Shown piece after piece: positions 59,207-64,000 of a stretch of 64,000 bases of DNA. Source of the stretch: Candidatus Uhrbacteria bacterium (GTDB lineage Bacteria; Patescibacteriota; Patescibacteriia; UBA9934; GWF2-40-263). Location: the NCBI GenBank assembly GCA_037131775.1, contig JBAXQK010000003.1:76439-140438 (forward strand), written 5' to 3'. Each line of letters opens with the position of its first letter. Within the stretch, counting starts at the first letter, position 1. The notes under the pieces were generated by a model. It searched no databases and was not told the DNA's origin. It saw only the letters and a list, made by a program, of their open reading frames with translations. The position numbers and the translations under genes were made by a program.

Positions 59207-59694
59207 GCGCACAAAGCAACAACATAACGAACGCCCTTGAAAAACCGCCGTCGGAACCGGTGCCGGAAGGCGCGGCTCCGGAGAATCCCAAGGATCTCAA
59301 GGAGGGCGAGTCGGCCGGTAAGGCCGAGCAGGCGACCATTGACGATCCGAAGTCCCCTGACGATCTGGAGACGTACTTCAACCGCGTCGCCACCGAAAAA
59401 GGGGAGGCCGTCGCGGCGCAAAAGGTGCTCGAGCAAGCCATAAAGATGGCCGAGGTGAAGGGCGATCGCGCCATGCATCTTCTCCAAAACTCCGGGGAAA
59501 CGATCAACGGAGCGCTCAGCCGCATCGGATACGAGCTTTCTGCCGGCGCCGATGCCCGAGCATCCTTCAAGCAAATTCAAGAACAGATGGATCTTTTGCG
59601 CGCCGAGGCTCGCGAACGACTTAACGCGCTTGCCGTCGAAGCCGCCAACAATAACGACGCGTTTGCCAAGGAGGACCAGGCCAAAGCCGCATAA
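59203..59694 (+). CDS. Hypothetical protein
   Basis: 163-aa ORF in an operon-like string. Confidence 0.6.
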   Translation: MSAQSNNITNALEKPPSEPVPEGAAPENPKDLKEGESAGKAEQATIDDPKSPDDLETYFNRVATEKGEAVAAQKVLEQAIKMAEVKGDRAMHLLQNSGETINGALSRIGYELSAGADARASFKQIQEQMDLLRAEARERLNALAVEAANNNDAFAKEDQAKAA

Positions 59695-59705
59695 TTCCCC
59701 TCCTT

Positions 59706-60644
59706 ATGCCCACAGATCCCCGCATCGCAGAACTCCCCGGATTCGTCCTCCTTCGGGACAAGCTTCCCCGCCTCCACGACGAGATCGACCGCCTTGTGGC
59801 GTCGAGCGTGTTCGGCGTGCGCCCAAGCGGCCCGGCGCTCGACCAGATGGCCGGGTTCATCGAGTTGGCCGAGCTTGGCGCGTTCGTCCAGGCGGTCGAC
59901 CTATTCTATGAGAAGCACCCGTGGCCGAGGACGACGGTCATTTCCCTGCTGCAGAATCCCCGGCTGTCGCGCAAGGAGCTGCTTGATGGCGACCGATATT
60001 CGATGGTCTACCGCAACGCCGTGCAGCAGCTCGACGAGATCCTGCAGTACAAGCACCTGTGGGCGGCGCACGGGTCCGCCTCCGACCTGATGGCGACCAT
60101 CGTAAGCCAGCCCGCGTTTTCGCGGCTCGACGGGTCAACCGTCCACGGCCTCGTCTTCGCCCTCAAGAACCAGGCCGACCAGGAGTCGCTCGCCGAGGCC
60201 GAGTTCGCCCTCCTGCTTGCCATCGACTGGACCCGCAACGCCTCCCCGGCCATCACGCTCGCCGACCTGGTCGCCCAACGCATGGTCGAGCCGGCCGTCG
60301 CGGTCGCGCTTCTCCAAAAGATCGTCGAGACGACCCGCTACCCGTTTTTTCAAATAGACCTTCTTGCCCACGTCCTCGAGTCCGTCCCGGAAAACACGTT
60401 CCGCGGCTACCTCCTCGGCCCGAAGACGTCGAACGTCCCGTCGCCGTCGCTCGACAAGCTGCTCCTCCATCTCGCCCAAACCAACCCGCACGCCTTCGCG
60501 AACCTGTTCCTGCGACACCGCTCGACGTTCAAAAAGAAATTCCAGCCGACCGGCATGTTCTCGAGCGAGAAGGAGATCTATCGAATCTGCTGGGGAAAGA
60601 TCGGGCTCTGGGACAAGATCATGGCGACGTTTTTTCCCGGGTAA
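59706..60644 (+). CDS. Hypothetical all-helical protein
   Basis: 312-aa ORF with host-like codon usage. Confidence 0.7.
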   Translation: MPTDPRIAELPGFVLLRDKLPRLHDEIDRLVASSVFGVRPSGPALDQMAGFIELAELGAFVQAVDLFYEKHPWPRTTVISLLQNPRLSRKELLDGDRYSMVYRNAVQQLDEILQYKHLWAAHGSASDLMATIVSQPAFSRLDGSTVHGLVFALKNQADQESLAEAEFALLLAIDWTRNASPAITLADLVAQRMVEPAVAVALLQKIVETTRYPFFQIDLLAHVLESVPENTFRGYLLGPKTSNVPSPSLDKLLLHLAQTNPHAFANLFLRHRSTFKKKFQPTGMFSSEKEIYRICWGKIGLWDKIMATFFPG

Positions 60645-60660
60645 AAAAATACCGCGTGCG

Positions 60661-61392
60661 TTACGCGGCGAGGAAGCCGGCGATTCGGGAGAGGGTCTCC
60701 TCGAATCGCCTGGGGTCGTGATGGCGGATAAACGCGTGGCCGCCGGTGACGAAGACGAACTTGGGGTGCTCGCCCTTGTACGTGGCGCCGAGGACGATGG
60801 CGTCGCTCGCGGGGACGACGGCCATGAGCGGAATGGTCAGGGCCGGATAAGTCTTGCGGAACACCGGGAGGAACACCTGGGCGATCTTCATCCACATCGG
60901 TTCGATCCGCATGTGAGAAAGCATCGTCTCGGCTTCCCTCTCGGTTTTTTGTTCGCTCGAGAACATCAGCCGGTGGCAGTCGCCGACGGATCGGAGAAAC
61001 ACCTTGCCGGTAAGAAGCGACAGCGCGAACGAGTAGAACGCAATGAGCGCGATGTTCGCGAACGGCTTGAGACCGATGCCGTGGCGCTCGAGGCCGCTTA
61101 CGAAGACGGCCCTCGCGAAACGATCTTTGTCGCGCGCCACGACCGCCCGCAGAACCTGGCTGCCCATGGAGTAGCACAGGGCAAGGCTTCCGGGCGGGAC
61201 GTTGGCGCGCTTGAGCTGGAGACAGGCGTTGCGGGCAATCTCGTCGATCGAGTTCCCTTCGTAGACGAGCGGCACCACGTGGTAGCCAGAGAACAGCGGC
61301 TGGAACTTTTCGAACCACCAGCGGACATCCTCCGCGGAATGGTTGCCCCACGCGCCGGGAAACAGGACGAGAAACTTGATGGCTGGCTTCAT
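60661..61392 (-). CDS. Alpha/beta hydrolase fold protein
   Basis: LFPGAWG oxyanion-like motif, CYSMGS nucleophile elbow, SDAIV, GGH; GGAG SD. Confidence 0.75.
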   Translation of the reverse strand: MKPAIKFLVLFPGAWGNHSAEDVRWWFEKFQPLFSGYHVVPLVYEGNSIDEIARNACLQLKRANVPPGSLALCYSMGSQVLRAVVARDKDRFARAVFVSGLERHGIGLKPFANIALIAFYSFALSLLTGKVFLRSVGDCHRLMFSSEQKTEREAETMLSHMRIEPMWMKIAQVFLPVFRKTYPALTIPLMAVVPASDAIVLGATYKGEHPKFVFVTGGHAFIRHHDPRRFEETLSRIAGFLAA

Positions 61393-61479
61393 GAGATCTC
61401 CGTGAGATGATTTGGTTCGCCGAGCAAAAACCGACTCGGTCGAGTCGGCTATGCTGCCATATTTTGGCCCGTCTGTCAA

Positions 61480-61758
61480 TTAGTCCTTCCGGTCGCGACG
61501 CTTGTCCATCGCGTACTCGATCACCTTCTTCGCGCCCTCCATGAGGATGGTCGCCGGGGCGGTCATGGAGTCGAGGCGGTTGCGCATGCCGGTGATGGCG
61601 TGTTCGATCATGCCGATCTTTTCGCGCGCCTCGTCCACGGCCGTGTTCACGTTGCGCAGAATCTGCGCCGCCTGCCAGATGAACCAGAACAGCGCGGCAG
61701 TGAGCCAAAGGACGCAGAACGAGAGAACGAGGGATAGGATTTCGCTTGGTGAGAACAT
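61480..61758 (-). CDS. Small membrane protein (TM plus coiled coil)
   Basis: FCVLWLTAALFWFIWQ followed by an amphipathic helix. Confidence 0.7.
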   Translation of the reverse strand: MFSPSEILSLVLSFCVLWLTAALFWFIWQAAQILRNVNTAVDEAREKIGMIEHAITGMRNRLDSMTAPATILMEGAKKVIEYAMDKRRDRKD

Positions 61759-61771
61759 AGGGGTTGGGTGG

Positions 61772-63187
61772 TTATCGATTCGGGACGGATCCGCCGCCCG
61801 TGGTCGTGGAGGTCGTGCCGCCGCCGGTCGTGACGGATCCGCCGCCCGTGGTCGTCGTGACCGACGATCCGGAGCATGGGTTCGTCAGTATCGTGTCGGC
61901 GGTCGACAAATTATTGTCCTCGTTCGTCTCGACGATCTTGTTCAGCGGGTCGACGGTGGCAACGTCCGTGACGACCTTCGTGGTGTCGCAGACCAGCCCG
62001 GTCGTGCCCGTGGTCAGTTTGACGGTGATGGTCGCCGTCTTCCCCGCGCCGATCATCCCGCCCTTGCAGACGACCGTCTTCGTCGCCGACGCGCAAACGA
62101 ACCCCTTGTCGCCCGTCGCGGAGGCATAGGCGAACGGATCCGTGTAGACGTCGGTCAGTCCGACGCTGGCCGCGTCGACCGTTCCGACGTTGCTCACCAG
62201 GATCGTGTAGGAAGCCAGGTCGCCCTGCTTGACGGAAGAGACGCTGCCGGACTTCGTGACGGTCAGGTCGGTCCCGGCCGTCGTTCCCGCCGCGCCGGAC
62301 GAGGAGAGGGACGTTTCCACGCAGTTGTCCGTCTCATCCGACTCCGTGACCGCCTCAAGCGCGTCCACGCACAGCTTCACGGTCTTCGCGGTCTTCGTGT
62401 CGACCGTCTTGGTCGAGATGGGCGACGTCCCTCCGGCCTTCAGGAAATTCTGGTCCGCGAGGGTCGGGGAGGAGTACGTCATGCTCTTCACGCCGTCGAC
62501 GTAGAGGTAGACGCCCACGGGAACGGTCACGTCCGCGGTTCCCGTATTGTTCAGCGTCGCGGTCACGAGGCCGTTCGAGGAGGCAACGGCGAGATTGGTG
62601 ACCGTCAGGTTCGGAAGCGCGGTGACGACGGGACAAATGCCCGGGACCGCGATCGAAAGCTTCGCGGCATTGTCCGTCTCGTCCTGCTCCGCGATGACGT
62701 TCTTCGGGTCGATCGTCAGCAGGGACATGGCGGATCCGCTCGTTCCGCACGCGTTCGCGTTCTGGAGGAGCTTCATCGTGATCGAGATGGACGCGGTCTC
62801 GCCCGCCTTGAGGGCGCCCCCCGAGCAGGAAATGTCCGACGCGCCCGTCGCGACGGAACAGGAAAAGCCTCCGGGGGTTCCGGTCGTCTTCGCGGACACG
62901 AACGACAGGGTGTCCGCCGCGAAGTGCTGGAGGGCCGTGATCTCGCTCGTCTTCACCGTCCCCGTGTTCGCGATCGTCATGACGTACGTCAGAAAGTCGC
63001 CGTTGGCCTGTATGGACTGCTTGTCCGCCTTGATCGAGGCGCGCAGGTTCGGGGTCCCGACCTGCGCGATGCCCGGAAGCAGACCCGCGGCCATGCCGAG
63101 CAGCCCGAGGCCGGCCGCGGCCACCACGACCGCAACGACGACCGAGGAGGTTGCCACCTTCGTTCCCGTCTGAGATGCCGTATTCAT
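61772..63187 (-). CDS. Surface protein with CARDB/DUF11-type Ig-like repeats
   Basis: Three E-x-[DN]-E-x-[DN]-N motifs (EQDETDN, ESDETDN, ETNEDNN), DLTVTKS, TTTGGG tail. Confidence 0.8.
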   Translation of the reverse strand: MNTASQTGTKVATSSVVVAVVVAAAGLGLLGMAAGLLPGIAQVGTPNLRASIKADKQSIQANGDFLTYVMTIANTGTVKTSEITALQHFAADTLSFVSAKTTGTPGGFSCSVATGASDISCSGGALKAGETASISITMKLLQNANACGTSGSAMSLLTIDPKNVIAEQDETDNAAKLSIAVPGICPVVTALPNLTVTNLAVASSNGLVTATLNNTGTADVTVPVGVYLYVDGVKSMTYSSPTLADQNFLKAGGTSPISTKTVDTKTAKTVKLCVDALEAVTESDETDNCVETSLSSSGAAGTTAGTDLTVTKSGSVSSVKQGDLASYTILVSNVGTVDAASVGLTDVYTDPFAYASATGDKGFVCASATKTVVCKGGMIGAGKTATITVKLTTGTTGLVCDTTKVVTDVATVDPLNKIVETNEDNNLSTADTILTNPCSGSSVTTTTGGGSVTTGGGTTSTTTGGGSVPNR

Positions 63188-63199
63188 AGGATCTTGAAA

Positions 63200-64000
63200 T
63201 TATTCCTCCGTTCCCGCGGGAGCTCCCGCCCGACCCGATTTCCATTCCTCGACGACGGCCGCGATTTCCCGCTCCGTAACCTGCGGCGCGCCGTCCTTCA
63301 TGCTGATTCCGCTTCCCTCCATCAGGTCCTTCACGTGCGACTCAAGCGCCCGCTCGGCCTTCTCGATGCCGATGTCCGAAGGAAATTCCTTCTTCAACGT
63401 CGCCAGGTGGACGAGCTCCTCCTTGAGCGCCACCGCCTCCGTCTCGGATCTCCGCCTCGACGCCTCGTTCAGCACTCCGAGCGCAACCTTGTGCCCGAGC
63501 GCCGCCTCGATGGAGACGGTCGCGGCGGCCTCGTCGATGAGGTCGATCGCCTTGTCGGGAAGGAAGCGACCGACGATGTGCTTGATGGAAAGGTCCACGG
63601 CCGCCGCGAGCGACGCGTCCGTGATCTGCACGTGGTGGTGCTTCTCGTAGACGGGACGCACCGCGCGGAGAATCTCGAGCACCGCCTCGCGCGATGGCTC
63701 CCCCACCACGACCGGCTGGAACCGGCGGTTCAGCGCGTCGTCGGGCTCGATCAGTGATTTGTACTCGCGGAAGGTCGTCGCCCCGATGGCGGCCAGCTCC
63801 CCGCGAGAGAGCGCCGGCTTCAGAATGTCGGAAACGTTCATGGCCCCCTCGGCCCCGCCCGCCTGCTCGAGCATGTGTACCTCGTCGATGAACAGGATCA
63901 CCGTGCGGTTCGCCGCCTGCAGCTCATCGGTGAGGTGCTTCATGCGCTGCTCGAACTCGCCGCGATACTTCGTGCCGGAGATCATGCCCGGAAGGTCGAG
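63200..64000 (-). CDS. Clp/Hsp100-type ATPase ending after NBD1 (5' part beyond window)
   Basis: GTKYRGEFE, LFIDEVH, LKPALSRGEL, IGATT, RFLPDKAIDLIDEAA. Confidence 0.88.
   Translation of the reverse strand, partial: LDLPGMISGTKYRGEFEQRMKHLTDELQAANRTVILFIDEVHMLEQAGGAEGAMNVSDILKPALSRGELAAIGATTFREYKSLIEPDDALNRRFQPVVVGEPSREAVLEILRAVRPVYEKHHHVQITDASLAAAVDLSIKHIVGRFLPDKAIDLIDEAAATVSIEAALGHKVALGVLNEASRRRSETEAVALKEELVHLATLKKEFPSDIGIEKAERALESHVKDLMEGSGISMKDGAPQVTEREIAAVVEEWKSGRAGAPAGTEE

Overview
GC-rich bacterial chromosomal segment with the gene content and protein styles of a Patescibacteria (CPR) genome, possibly Uhrbacteria-like; this is inference from the short EF-Ts, orphan baseplate-J-like protein, DUF3048, DUF5671-like protein, S-layer-type C-terminal domain and genes lacking Shine-Dalgarno (SD) sites. 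Housekeeping blocks: lower glycolysis (gpmI, eno, pgk, gap), NDH-2, rpsB-tsf, queA, rpmE-prfA-prmC, rplY, rodA, gyrB, secE-nusG-rplK-rplA, dcd, a thyA/DHFR/deaminase/dut/tmk cluster, gatB, miaA-miaB, thrS, dnaE and a Clp-type ATPase, interspersed with many self-contained orphan genes. No tRNA, rRNA, CRISPR array, transposase or integrase was seen. Main leads: (1) a ~530-nt promoter- and terminator-bounded, hairpin-rich non-coding transcript (17.9-18.45 kb) lacking hallmarks of RNA families I recognise; (2) a ThyA homologue with Asp at the dUMP/dCMP specificity position, co-oriented with DHFR and a dCMP-deaminase-like gene, suggesting a possible dCMP -> 5m-dCMP -> dTMP route; (3) an atypical PI3/4K/HipA-like kinase flanked by two paralogous small proteins (toxin/immunity-like); (4) a C-type-lectin-fold protein resembling diversity-generating retroelement (DGR) targets, followed by a perfect hairpin; (5) several families of palindromic and short-period repeat mini-elements, some inserted in frame into proteins; (6) a large S8 protease with a single in-frame TGA. 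All family assignments are by eye, with no database search.
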